64,000 nt of DNA from Octopus vulgaris. Lineage: Eukaryota. Both the position numbers and the translations under genes were made by a program. Location of the stretch: the NCBI GenBank assembly GCA_951406725.2, contig OX597815.1, forward strand, positions 106,454,001-106,518,000, read 5' to 3'. Positions 51,222 through 64,000 of this stretch are shown piece by piece (position 1 is the first letter of the stretch; each line of letters starts with the position of its first letter). Under the pieces are notes generated by a model. The model was not told where the DNA came from and made no database searches. It saw nothing but the letters and a program-made list of their open reading frames with translations.

Positions 51222-53317
51222 TATTATTATTAAAATTGTTAGAAATCGTTAATAACAAGAAAATGATAGCTGCAATAAAAGCATGATCAGTTCTCAAATA
51301 ATAGCAACATTAAAGTTAACATCACCCAACAACTGTAACAATAAGAACAACAGCAATATCATAACAACGACTAAAACGTATAGGATCAGAAAAACAATAA
51401 CAATTCAAAATCAATTAAAAGAAGATAACTTCTACAACAGCAACAATTACAACAATAAAGGAAACATTAAGAGTAACAAGAGCAACAAAAACAACGATAA
51501 CAATGCTGAATAAAATACATATATTAATTAATCAATGAAGATAATTAACTACGTTTCAAATTATATATGCTTTGTTTCATTTCCAATGTCTGCTTCTGAT
51601 GATGACCAAATTATTTTGCGTTTAATTTCTTTCTTTCTCTTTTTTCTCTATTCTCTCTCTCTCTCTCACTCTCTCATTCTCACTCTTTGTCTCTGTCTGT
51701 CTCACTCTCAAACTCACTGTCTCGTTCTCCCACTCTCCTTCTCTCTCATGTTTATTCAACCAACTCTTTCTCTCACTTCCTCTTACCCCTTCTCCTTCCC
51801 CCCCCTCACTATGTTGCATTTGGTTGTTACACAAGAAATTCTATTCTGTGTGGATCACTAATTTAAAAAGGAATTTAATTAGAAGAATGAAATTATGTGT
51901 GTGCCAAAAGCCGCCTAAACTAGCATTTATTGAAACTGTGTTTTTATTATAGAAGTGTGGTTTGCATTTCGATAAAGGGATGAAGTTTGAAAGCCAAATT
52001 TATATCGATCTTTGTGAACTTATATTACATTACAAATAATTTGTCTAGTTTTAAAAATAATGATGACCATTATTTAATTAGTTGAAGACCATTTTTTTTT
52101 TGTAATTATTTTTCTTACTTTGGCACAATATCTGAACTTTCCTTGAGAAAAGGGGGAATTAATATAATGTCTGTCTTTCACGCAAATATTAGTGATGTAA
52201 AAGCAGTCAAATGAGTACAACTATGACTTGAAACTGGAATATAACTGAAAGAAAACAACTCTACATAACACAAATCAGGTTATCATAACATAAAATGTAA
52301 CATACTCATTGTTATTGCTGGTTTTTACTTTATATAACTGCAGGTATCACGAGATTAAAATCCTTGATCTTGCCAATTTTGGGAAGAATGTTCTGGAATA
52401 ATTTCCTGTTATCTTCTCTCTGCAAATGGACTTAAAGTCAGTACTACAAGCTGATGAAATACTCGTTAATCTACGCGACTACATTTATTGCTAATATTGT
52501 TGTTTAGCACAAGGTTAGCCCTAATCAGCAGACTAAGATCAAGAGCGTTCAAGCCTTAATATTGCTAATTTCTTTCTTTTTCCCCCCAATTAGAGTGTAT
52601 TCCAGACTATATTACTCAATGCATCATTCTACCATTTGTTTTAGAGATTGGGAAATAATTTGAGAGAACCTTGGCTGCTACTTCTAGCGTGATGAGCGAT
52701 CATATCGGATCGGAAGGGGCATGCGCTTCTGCATTTTTGTGCGTCGTCAGTTACGAAAACCGAATCCGTCTTTCTCTACCTTATAAGAACGATATATGAC
52801 AACAAACAGTACATGCACATACATACATATACGCGCACACATACATACATACACACATACATACATACATGCATGTATGCATATATACATACATGCACGC
52901 ATACATACATAAGGTAATTATAACGAATTATATATGTATATGTATGTATGTATGTATGTATGCGTTCGTATATTTATGCGTGTGCACGTATGCGTGTGTG
53001 CGTACGTGTAGAAATATTTCCAAGTATTCTATTAACTCACAAATGAAGACCGTACTTTCATTGATGGATTAATATTAGAAATCTCGGTACATATAGAATT
53101 GCGCATTTGGAAAATTTCTCTGGGGAAATTACAAAGGAATAAATTTAAGTTCACGTTAACATTTCTGTAATAAAAGATCCTTACATGTATTGAAATGTAG
53201 TAATGTTTTGTGGGTTTATTAGGAAGGCGGTGAATTGGCAGATTTGTTAGTGTGTTGCAGAGACGGTGCTATTTGCTCCAGTTATCTGAGTTCTAATCCC
53301 ACTTAGGTCATCTTTGT

Positions 53318-53772
53318 TTTCAGGGCCGATATATAAACTGTCAATTAAAACCTTTCAGGGCCGATAAATAAACTGCCAATTAAAACCTTTCAGGGCCGAT
53401 AAATAAACTGTCAATTAAAACCTTTCAGGGCCGATAAATAAACTGCCAATTAAAACCTTTCAGGGCCGATAAATAAACTGCCAATTAAAACCTTTCAGGG
53501 CCGATATATAAACTGTCAATTAAAACCTTTCAGGGCCGATAAATAAACTGCCAATTAAAACCTTTCAGGGCCGATAAATAAACTGCCAATTAAAACCTTT
53601 CAGGGCCGATAAATAAACTGCCAATTAAAACCTTTCAGGGCCGATAAATAAACTGCCAATTAAAACCTTTCAGTGCCGATAAATAAACTGCCAATTAAAA
53701 CCTTTCAGGGCCGATAAATAAACTGCCAATTAAAACCTTTCAGGGCCGATAAATAAACTGCCAATTAAAACC
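53318..53772 (+). repeat. 35-bp minisatellite, 13 copies (tttcagggccgataaataaactgccaattaaaacc)
   Basis: Directly visible; follows a decayed SINE head (53225-53317). Confidence 0.95.
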
Positions 53773-53893
53773 CAGATGAATATTACTCTCCCTGTCTGTT
53801 TGTTCTTTCCCTATCTCTCTTCTCCTTTCTCTGTCCCCTTCGCATGCGCGCGGGATAGGAATCGGATAAGTTGCTCTGTAATAAGTTGCTCTG

Positions 53894-54463
53894 AAGAATA
53901 TGTGGTCGTCTATCTTGAGGGAGGTGCTGTAGACAACATTGTAGAAAGTTGTCTTGAAGGTCGGGACCTGATGGACCCGACCGGTATTGATAGTCAGCAT
54001 TGGCCTCCGCAGGTGACTGCGCTGGTGGTGAAAGAAAGAGATTTCTTCGAATAATGGATTCCTTTTCGAAGGAAAATTACAATTATCTCTTTGGGGGCCT
54101 CAACTTGCTGCTGCAGGATTACCTGCAGGCGGCAAGAGAATTGATAGGGGATGGTTGAAGAGACTTGGTGTCTCAGTCTGTGTAAGAGGTTCATTACCTC
54201 ATTTTTGTGTGTTTCTTTTTGTAAAAAGGTAAAAGAAAATTTGTAATGGAGCAATTATAAAAACTAAAGTAAGAGGTTTAATACCTCGTTTTGTTTTTTA
54301 TGTATTAAAAAAAAGAATAATGTTTTAGAGGAGCCAAAAATCGGCGGGCGTTTTTTGTCTTCTCCCATCAATATCATCCTTTTTCATCATTCATCTCATC
54401 AATGTATTTGTCCAACCCGCAAGCTACTCTGTGTCATGCCTTTATGGCAAATTTTATGAAATA
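53894..54463 (+). mobile_element. 5'-truncated third member (C) of the ORF1-only family
   Basis: EEYVVVYLEGGAVD...WPPQVTA. 3' UTR homologous to elements A/B. TSD aagttgctctgtaa at 53868-53881 and 54464-54477. Confidence 0.8.
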
Positions 54464-54604
54464 AAGTTGCTCTGTAAAGAGAGTCATAAGGTTGCACATA
54501 CAGTGTCCCTTTCTTCTGAAATAGAATAAAGCAGGGTTGAAATAGGGGCCTGTAACGTTTTATAGAAAAAACAACAACAACAAAAAAAAAGAAAATCTGA
54601 TATA

Positions 54605-54683
54605 CCGCTGGAGTCATCCCAAGCCTAACCGATGTGCTGTTCAGGACAACGGAAATAAAGAAAATAATGTACAAAGAAGACAT
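54605..54683 (-). CDS. Possible signal-peptide exon of the same gene
   Basis: MSSLYIIFFISVVLNSTSVRLGMTPA then gtatat; acceptor-like ttaacag just upstream. It ends in phase 0, so at least one unfound exon would be needed. Confidence 0.3.
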
Positions 54684-54931
54684 GTATAAGGAGCTCTGTT
54701 AATATACGTTTCAAATATAGGCACAAGGCCAGCAGTTTTGCGTGAGGGGTAAGTCGGTTACATCGACAGCCAGCGCTTAACTGGCATTTATTTTATCGAC
54801 CCCGATAAAATAAGTGCCAGAAGATAAAGTCGACCTCGGCGAAATTTGAAGTCGGAACGTAAAGACGGATGAAATACCGCTAAACGTTTTGCCCAGCTAG
54901 CTGCCTTGATCTCTATTAATATTAATACTTA

Positions 54932-55717
54932 CTAGCAGGACCCGTGAATATTTCATGGAATGAATGGTAAACCTATTGGGTTATTTCAGAAAACTTTGTC
55001 CAAAAAACCTGAGGGTGTAGCCTGTGTTGTGTATACATGGAAAGCTAGTTGCTCATCTGCTACTCATTGAAAAGCGAAAGAAGTTGGAATACGATGATTA
55101 TATAATGCACTTTATATATACACCTTATATACTTTATGCACACTTTTATAGACTTAATACACAGCACTCATAAAATAAATATTCACTCTTATTTTTCTAT
55201 TTTCCTATAAACAAACAAGAAAAAATATCCCGTACATATGATACAACCTTTAGTTAAATTGCATATACCTGCCACAAATAAGCGGGAATATTTTACAGAA
55301 TTGCACTTATGTGCATGCGTTAAGTGATAGGTGATATAAAAAACTTAGTTCAATTAAAACATACACTTTCACTATCCAATCACCATCCTCACCTCCATTA
55401 CCACCACCATCATCATCATCTCTCTCCCTTCTCTCTTCTCTCTCTCCCCTCTCCCTCCATCATCTCTCCCTCTCTCCTCTCTCCCTTCCTTCTCTTTCAC
55501 TCTCTCCTCTCTCACTCCCTCCTCTCCCACTTCCTCCTCTCTCTCCCTCCTATCTCTTCTCCCCCCTCTCCTCACTCTGTGCCTTTCTTTAACTTCACCA
55601 TCAGAACATCACCCTTCTGCTAAAATTATATTTTTCTCTCTCCCCATTTTTCTCTAATCATGTGAAAGCGTTACTGACAGGCTAAGTAACGGAATGACAA
55701 GTAGAATTATTATATGA
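54932..55717 (-). mobile_element. Possible Helitron-like non-autonomous element
   Basis: Reverse strand starts atcatataataatt and ends hairpin + ctgctagt. Confidence 0.35.
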
Positions 55718-56048
55718 TTATTATGATACATACTACGAAGGCGGCAAGCTGGCTGAAGCGTTACGCGCCGGACAAAATGCTTAGCTGTATTTCGTCTGCT
55801 TTATCTTCTGAGTTCAAAATCTACCGAGGTGGACTTGGCATTTCATCATTTCCGAGTCGATAAAAAATAAGTACCAGTTGAGTACTGGGATCAATATAGT
55901 CGTCTTATGCCCTCCACCGAAATTGCTGTCCTTGTGCCAAAATTTGAAGCCAATACGATATATACTACGGATGTTTAATTTAAAAGAAACGCATTTAACC
56001 AACTGCTTTTGAAGGATCTCTACGGCCGATGAGCTTTCTGCTGAGCTT

Positions 56049-56369
56049 AAAATTAGTTTATGATTTTAAGGATAAATTGACCACGGAAGATACGTATCTA
56101 TCGGATAAAAATGTTGCGGGTGCGAAAGAGTAAGTTTGTTTTGTCTATCTCATAGTGTTTTGCTGATTTCACTTACTGTACTGTGTATACTGGGACTTCG
56201 TCTTAAAGAAAATTCGTTTATGATTTTAAGGATAAATTGACCACGGAAGATACGTATCTATCGGATAAAAATGTTGCGGGTGCGAAAGAGTAAGTTTGTT
56301 TTGTCTATCTCATAGTGTTTTGCTGATTTCACTTACTGTACTGTGTATACTGGGACTTCGTCTTAAAGA
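56049..56369. repeat. 160-bp tandem duplication
   Basis: 56056-56209 is repeated essentially exactly at 56216-56369. Confidence 0.95.
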
Positions 56370-56549
56370 GTCTTAGTCGAATATGATAAACAAAATATCT
56401 AATCCAGTCTTGTACTTATTTTATCAATTTCTATTTGTCACACCGCTCACATAAAGGGGCACAGCATAAACAACAGCATCATTTTTTAGACAGGTGCAAA
56501 CAGACACACAGACAGACATTTCTTACGCAATATACATAGGTACATACAT

Positions 56550-56990
56550 AATTAAAATAGCCACCAATTTAAAACACAACTGGCCAGATATTATTGCGTG
56601 GGACCACAAAGAAAAGATATGTTCTGTTGTGGAAATCAGCGACCCTCTGGACACGAATGTGGTTAGAAAAATACAAGAGAAAGAGGACATCTATGGACTA
56701 CTGAGAAGGAGTTTGCAAATCCAGTACCCAAGGTATACTTTCCGTTTCTTACCTATTATTATTGGAGCAACAGGTTATATACCAACCCGTTCGGAGCAAA
56801 GTATGGCTAAACTTGGGAAGAGAGTGCAAATCCTTAATTCATATGTTACAAATGATCACGATATCGGGGACTATAGAAATCTGCAACACCTTCTTCAGAT
56901 TTAAAGGACGAAGCTTAAAACAAGATGATTTCCTTCACAACCTTGCTACTAAGTAGGTGGCCGGTCAAAATTTATTCTAAACTAACGAAG
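56550..56990 (+). mobile_element. 3' end of an RLE-type (R4/NeSL/CRE-group) non-LTR element
   Basis: HNWPDII..D.....VVEIS.P.D.N...K..EK...Y..L...PIIIGATG restriction-like endonuclease motif. Confidence 0.75.
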
Positions 56991-57002
56991 TAAATAGACC
57001 AT

Positions 57003-57092
<90 letters not shown>

Positions 57093-57558
57093 TCTCTCTC
57101 TCACACACACACTCTCTCTCTCACACACACACGCACACAAAATATTAGTCAAACTGAGGCTACTGTAGAAGATACTTGCCCCCAGGTACCGTGCAGTAAG
57201 ATCGAACTTAAAACCACACAGTTACTAAACAAACTTCTTAAGAACACTGTAGCATCATATTCAAATTCAGCCAGCATCAGTTTTATTTTTGACCCCACTT
57301 GCCTTACTGCGGTGGATTTCACAACGATTGATTCTGAGCCTAATATAATAATATGATTATATGTTGCAGCTTCTTCTTCTTCTTCTTCTTCTTCTTCTTC
57401 TTCTTCTTCTTCTTCTTCTTCTTCTTCTTCTTCTTCTTCTTCTTCTCCTCCTCCTCCTCCTCCTCCTCCTCCTCCTCCCCTTTATCCTCCCCTCATCCCC
57501 TCCCCTCCTGTGTGGTAATGTAATAAGATAACAGAGGTATAAGGAATGAGCAAGAGAG

Positions 57559-57603
<45 letters not shown>

Positions 57604-59339
57604 TAAAGAGCGGGAGTGGGAAAGGAAGAGGGAAAGTCAGAGAAAGAGAGGGAGAGAGAGGGAAAGAGAAAGAAAAAAGAGGAGAGAAAGAAAGATATTC
57701 GTGCGTTGTGGTAGTGGGGGAGGACGTTGGGAAATGAAAAAGAGTAGAGGAAGAATGTGATAAGAAAAAGAGAAAGCAATGTAGATAGAGGGGAAGAGGA
57801 GATAAGGAACAATATGAGGTGGGGCGGGGAGAAGAAAAGAATAACTGAAACAAAAATCTAACAAGAAGAAAATGAAGTAAAAAGCTAAAAAAAATTGACA
57901 GAAAACAGAAATAAGACATCAATTTGATTTGCACTACTGCGGGGTGGCAGTATCATTAGAGAGTTGGGCAGTATTTCCTTCCGCTCTTTACGTTCTGATT
58001 TCAAATCCAGCTAAGGTCATCTTTACTTTTCATCATTTCGGGCTAGATAAAATAAAGTATCAATCAAGTACTAGATTCGATGATCTCGACTTAACATTCC
58101 CTCAAAACTGCTGGTCTTATGACTAAATTAGAAAAAAAGAATCTTTCTATAGAATTGATATTGCAGTGAATTCGTAGAGTTATTGAAACACTGGCTAAAA
58201 TGACTCGCAGTATTTCTTCCAATTCCCTGCGTTTTTAGTTTAAATTTCACCGAAGCCAAGTTTCCTTTTTAATCATCCTTTTCGAGCCGACGCTAGTGTC
58301 AAACTTGTAACGATCCCTTGTGGCAACTTTGACATCAGCGGTGTGAAAGAGGAAACTTGCATGGATGAACAACTGCCGGTTTTTCAAAAATAAAAGAAAA
58401 ACATTCTGGAGCCTGTACTTACAGATGCCGAAGTATAGCAAAACCTAATCGAAGCAGCCTCGCAGAGTTGATATTAGAAAATTCTTGAGATAACATAAAT
58501 AAGGAATACGTGCAACTAGAAAATGTATTATGCACAGGATAAGACTTGATTTAATACGGTTTGTTAATAATACATTTTTTATTAGTTTATTCTAGAGGAT
58601 AAGGACTGCATCTATATCCTTCGTAAACAGTTATGTTAACTGTCAATCAGTATTAAAGAAGTGGGGAAGCTGGCGAGCCAGCAGAATCGTTAGTACGCCG
58701 GGAAAATAATGCTTAGCAGCATTTCTAGTTCTGAGCTCAAATTCTGCCGAGGTTGACTTTATCTTTCATCCTTTCGGGGTCGATAAAATAAGTACCAGTT
58801 GAATACTGAGGTCAATGTAATCGACTTACCTCTCCCCTAAAATTGCTGGCCTCGTGCCAAAATTTGAAAAAAATGAGTGGGGAACACTATTCAAGAAAAT
58901 AACGATGATCAACCCGAAATGTCAATTCAATTCTTCTCACAGTACTGAAACTTATTTGATATTACTAATTCTGTTAACTAGTAAAAATCGATAACCCTGC
59001 CATCCAGATAATAGAGAATTTCATATTGATTGAATATTCATCCTTGAAGCGTGGTAGTTCAATGTTTTGAGCACGAGCATTGAAACGCAAATCTCAATTT
59101 GAGCTTAGAACTAGAAGACGGACGAAATGCTGCTAACCTCAGCAGGCAAATGTAAGTTTTACTTGTATTTCAAAGGCTCAGCTTTGTAACATTCTGTGTC
59201 ATGCTGAATCTTCCTGAGAACTACGTTAAAGGCAGCCACTTGCACGTTAATCTCACGAGCTGGCTGTTCAGTTGGTCGGATCAGCTGAGATTCCCTTCAT
59301 CGTAACCGACGGATTGCCAGTACACACACACACACACAC

Positions 59340-59393
<54 letters not shown>

Positions 59394-59443
59394 ACACGCA
59401 CACACACACACGCACACACACACACGCACACACATGTATAATG

Positions 59444-59493
<50 letters not shown>

Positions 59494-59509
59494 TATTATT
59501 ATTATAATT

Positions 59510-60880
59510 GCAAGAGGAAGAAAAGTAACTTAGCCATGTCATGAATCGACTATCGTAAGGCGTACGATATGATCCCACATTCTTGGATTACGGAGTGTAT
59601 GAACCTATTTGGTATTGCATCGAATGTTGAGTGATTGCTTGGAAAAAGTATGGCAACAGACCTGACAGTATACAGAAGACGTTTAGGGACAGTAGAAATT
59701 AGGAGGGGCATCTTCCAAGGGGACTACATGTTCCCACTGATCTTTGTACTGTCCTTGATACCACTAACACTGATTCTGAGGAAAGCAAAAACTGGGTATG
59801 TATTCAAAAGCCGACAACAAAATATCAACCATTTGTTATTCATGGACGACTTCAAACTTTATGGTAAAGATGAAGCCTAAGTCAGTTCCCTCGATGATAC
59901 GGTGTATACCTTCAGTGCTGATATCAGAATGGAGTTCGGACTAAGAAAGTGTGATATGTTAGTCTTGAAAACAGGCAAAATCAAATGTATGGAGGAGCTA
60001 ACGATACCGTCGGGGGAGGTTATGAAGCAGATAGAAGAAACGGGCTATAAGTACTTGGGGATATTGGAAATGGATAAATTGATGGAGAAAGAAATGACAG
60101 AAAAATTTAAAGTGGAGTACTTGCGCAGACCGAGGCTGATCCTTAAGTCGAAATTAAATGGACGGAATAAGATCGAAGCTATCAAGACCTCGGCGGTTTC
60201 ACTACTTAGATATGGAGCAGCGGTAATCGCATGGACAGTAGACGAACTAAACAGTTTAGACAAAAAGACAAGGAAGTTGCTAACTGCATATGGGTCAATC
60301 CACCCCAAAACTGACACAGACAGACTGTATGTACCAAGAAAAAGAGGAGGAAGAGGACTTATTGGATGCGAACACGGCATTAGAGCAGAAAAAAACAACA
60401 TAGCATGGTATGTAAAAAATGCTACAGAACCGCTATTATTAGAAGTAAGAAGGTCAGGCTTGTGTAGGTGAAAGATTGCAAAGATAAAGCACTATACAAG
60501 AAATTGAAAACGGATGAAACTGAAAATAGGTGGGTAAAGAAAAGAATGCATGGTCAATTTCATAGGGAAATTCAAGATAAAACAGACAGAGAAAAAAGGA
60601 GGCTGTGGATGACAAAAAGGTGATTTGAAACTAGAAACGGAGGCTCTAATCTGTGCTGCCCAAGAGCAAGCACTAAGAACAAACTACATAAAGCACAGAT
60701 TAGACAACATAGCAGAAAGTGATAAGTGTAGAATCTGTGGACAAAACGGTGAAACCGTATGGCATATTACCAGCCAATGTACGCCACTAGCCCAGAAGGA
60801 ATATAAGAGACGCCACGACAATATAGCCAGGCTTGTCCATTGGACACTTTGCAACAAGTATGGACTTGACAGAGCAACAT
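59510..60880 (+). mobile_element. R4/Dong-clade non-LTR RT remnant beside (TAA)n
   Basis: IDYRKAYDMIPHSWI, IRRGIFQGD, INHLLFMDD.KLY, YKYLG, RLYVPRKRGGRGL, CRIC...ETVWHI.S.C...EYKRRHD. Confidence 0.85.
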
Positions 60881-61137
60881 CTCTAGCGTTAGAAGCTGTG
60901 CAAAGGCAATAATAATAACAATGATAATAATTCTTTTTACTATAGGCATAAGGTCTGAAATTCTGGGGGAGTGGCCAGTCGATTAGATCGACCTCAGTAC
61001 TGGTGCTTAATTTATCGACCCCGAAAGGATGAAAGGCAAAGTCAACCTCGGCGGATTTGAACTCAGAACGTAAAGACAGACGAAATACCGCTCAACATTT
61101 CGCCCGGTGCGCTAACGATTCTGCCAGCTCGCTGCCC

Positions 61138-61195
<58 letters not shown>

Positions 61196-61705
61196 CGGGA
61201 ATTCTGTCCGTCTAGGACCTCTGTATCTCAGACTATTTTTGTTCTACATAGACATATTAAACCACTTTGGAATCAGGATGATTCCAGGATTGAAAATCTG
61301 TCCTTCATTTGGTTCTTGAACATCCAGCATTGGGATCTGATTTAAAAGCATTTGGGTCGCTATTTCTAGCAGGTAAAGCTTGGCTGATTCGTGACATCTT
61401 GGTTGCTGTTTGTCAGATGACGTCAGAGATCAAGCGGGAAATATATGACATTCGCTTCGTTAACTTTACGTCGAGATAAGAACTTTGGGATAAATTGGCC
61501 AACAGTTAGATTCAACTTGGGACTGGAACAATAAAATGATTGCATTGCAGAATTCATTTTTATCCGTCCTTAACCTCTGATCAAACACCAACAGAGCATA
61601 TAGTACATAATTTTAAATGTATTATAACCATGCTATTTAGCTCTCTTTAGTTTTGGGCCACAGGAGCTAGCTTAAAAGTCTGCGTGGAGTGTGGCTTTTA
61701 AGCTA

Positions 61706-61763
<58 letters not shown>

Positions 61764-61930
61764 AGAATTTACGAAAAAACAACAAAAGACGAAGACATGT
61801 GGTGTACAAAACAAACAGATGCATTAGTATAACGCTCAGGAACAGAAAAAGTCTTTTACGTTTCAAGCCTACGCTCTTCAACAGAAAGGGAGAAACAAGG
61901 AGAGAAAAAATGTGTGTAGTGGCGGCGTCC

Positions 61931-61984
<54 letters not shown>

Positions 61985-62898
61985 CTGGTATTTTATCCAC
62001 AGGAAATGTGTATCCTTTTCATTTACTAATACTACGAAAGTGTGATATATCCGTTCTTTACGACCCCCCCTCTCTCTGTATTTGTGTGTGTGTATGTAAA
62101 TGCATTCATATGTGTGTGCAAACGTGTGTGCGTGCGTATGTGTATCTATTTGTGCGTGTGCATGCGCGTACGTTTGCATGTTTTTAGTGTGATAATAATA
62201 ATCTCTTTGAATGAAGATTGTGTTTCAAAACGAAGAATCTTTTAGTAAATAATGATCAAACACTTTTATGTTATACATTCGAGTGCAATTTCGAAAAGGT
62301 GGATAAACTAGTGTATATGAAGTAAATTCCCTATATAGCTATTGATTTTATTGCATCAATACTTTATTATCACTTTTTCGCACCATATTACCAAGTTTTT
62401 GCACAAAAATGAACATAAATGGCAACTAAATAAATAATATGCGTTTTATTACTTTAGCCATGCTCCAATATCATTATAAAACAATTCACACACGCACGCA
62501 CACACACACACACACACACACATACACACACGCACGCACACACACACACACACGCACGCACACGCGCACACACAAACACACACACGTGTGTGCACGCGCG
62601 CATGCGTATGTGTTGCCTCTCTGCTTAAAATATTCATGTATGTAAATTGAGATGAAAAAAAGAAAGCATAAAAGAATAAAAAACAAAATATAAGAATATT
62701 TATTTGATCTGAATATAGGTGATACACTGGAAATATTGACCAATATTGAGCAATAATTAACGATTTCAGAATATCGAATAGGCAAGTGATAAAATCTTTT
62801 GCAGACCAGATCTGTTTTGACGGCTTCCGTGCCGCGTGCATCATTTAATAATGAGATACTTAAAAACACTCAGCATCATCATGTGAGCCCATTATAGA

Positions 62899-63085
<187 letters not shown>

Positions 63086-64000
63086 ATACTGAAGGAGAGC
63101 GGGAGTGTTCAGACATAGCTGTATGGAAGAGTCAAATTATCGTGTTTGCACTAAATGAAAAAATATCACTGCTTTGGATTGTCACGCTTTAGAATATTTT
63201 ATTATCCAATCCTTTTATCTTGAGGTAAAAAAAAAAATTGGTCAAAGCAAACACAGATATTGCACTATACAGAAAAAAAATAACAACTTCATTTGTGGTA
63301 ATGGATAATTCTGAATATGGGTCGACACTGATAAAGAAAAACGAGTGTGGGCTAGATATGTCCATAAATCTGCCTCCTGGCGATTTTATCGGAGGAAGAG
63401 CAAGGAGAAAAGTGACTTATCTTTGTCTCAAAAAGTCGGGAGGTTTTCAGTATGCTCTTCAAGCAATATTTGAAACAAGCCCTTGAATGATCTACGGAGT
63501 AATGTGGTTTCAAAATTTGCTAATCGATGAGGGAAGGCAGCTATGACATAAGAGAAAGAGTGAGAGAGAGAGAGATAGATATAAAGAGAGAGAGAGAGAG
63601 AGAGGGAGATAGAGAGAAAGATAGATAGATAGAGAGAGAGAGAGAAAGAGAGAGAGGGAGAGGGAGAGAGAGTGAGAGAGAGAGAGAGACCCGGCGAAAT
63701 GCTTAACGGTATTTCGTCTGCTGTTACGTTGTGAATTCAAATTCCGCCGGGGTTGACTTTGCCTTTTATCCTTTCGGGGTCGATAAATTAAGTACCAGTT
63801 ACGCACTGGGGTCGATGTAATCGACTTAATCCGTTTGTCTGTCCTTGTTTGTTCCCTCTATGTTTAACCCCTTGTGGGCAATAAAGAAATAGGTATTTCG
63901 TCTGCCGTTACGTTCTGAGTTCAAATTCCGCCGAGGTTGACTTTGCCTTTCATCCTTTTGTGGTCGATAAGTACCAGTTACATACTGGGGTCGATCTAAT

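Noticed and set aside
50861-51252. Poly-Pro / poly-Ala / poly-Ile ORFs
   Set aside because: Trinucleotide microsatellites next to a LINE 3' end.
52300-52452. Possible extra minus-strand exon of the LDLa gene
   Set aside because: Stops occur in all frames between the plausible acceptors and the gtatgt donor.
53318-53772. CRISPR-like 35-bp repeats
   Set aside because: Head-to-tail units with no unique spacers, eukaryotic context, SINE-derived.

Overview
AT-rich, repeat-dense eukaryotic genomic DNA. The SINE/RTE repertoire and very long (TA)n/(TG)n tracts suggest an octopus (cephalopod) genome; this is inference. Main contents: (1) A + strand snoRNA cluster at ~1.4-8.2 kb, with a U25/SNORD25-like guide, an orphan C/D candidate, weak H/ACA candidates and a tandem array of U14/SNORD14 genes (6 intact, 1 deleted, 1 degenerate) in an alternating ~625/~915-bp higher-order repeat. 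(2) The 3' part of a - strand gene for a single-pass membrane protein with an atypical 8-Cys LDLa module (exons 35951-35983, 30631-30759, 26462-27000). (3) Two diverged ~2-kb non-LTR elements encoding only an ORF1-like protein (RRM-like region + CCHC knuckle, no ORF2). They sit head-to-tail at the same 15-17-bp site in a SINE head. A third, truncated family member elsewhere sits at a related target, suggesting a target-specific, non-autonomous half-LINE (HAL1-like) family of Tx1 type. (4) Many decayed TEs (mariner, Tc1, piggyBac, MULE, Helitron, RTE, CR1/Jockey-like, Tx1/L1, R4/Dong, SINEs), long inverted repeats and mini/microsatellites. Most long ORFs in the ORF track are microsatellite artefacts. 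All calls were made by eye; no database search was run.
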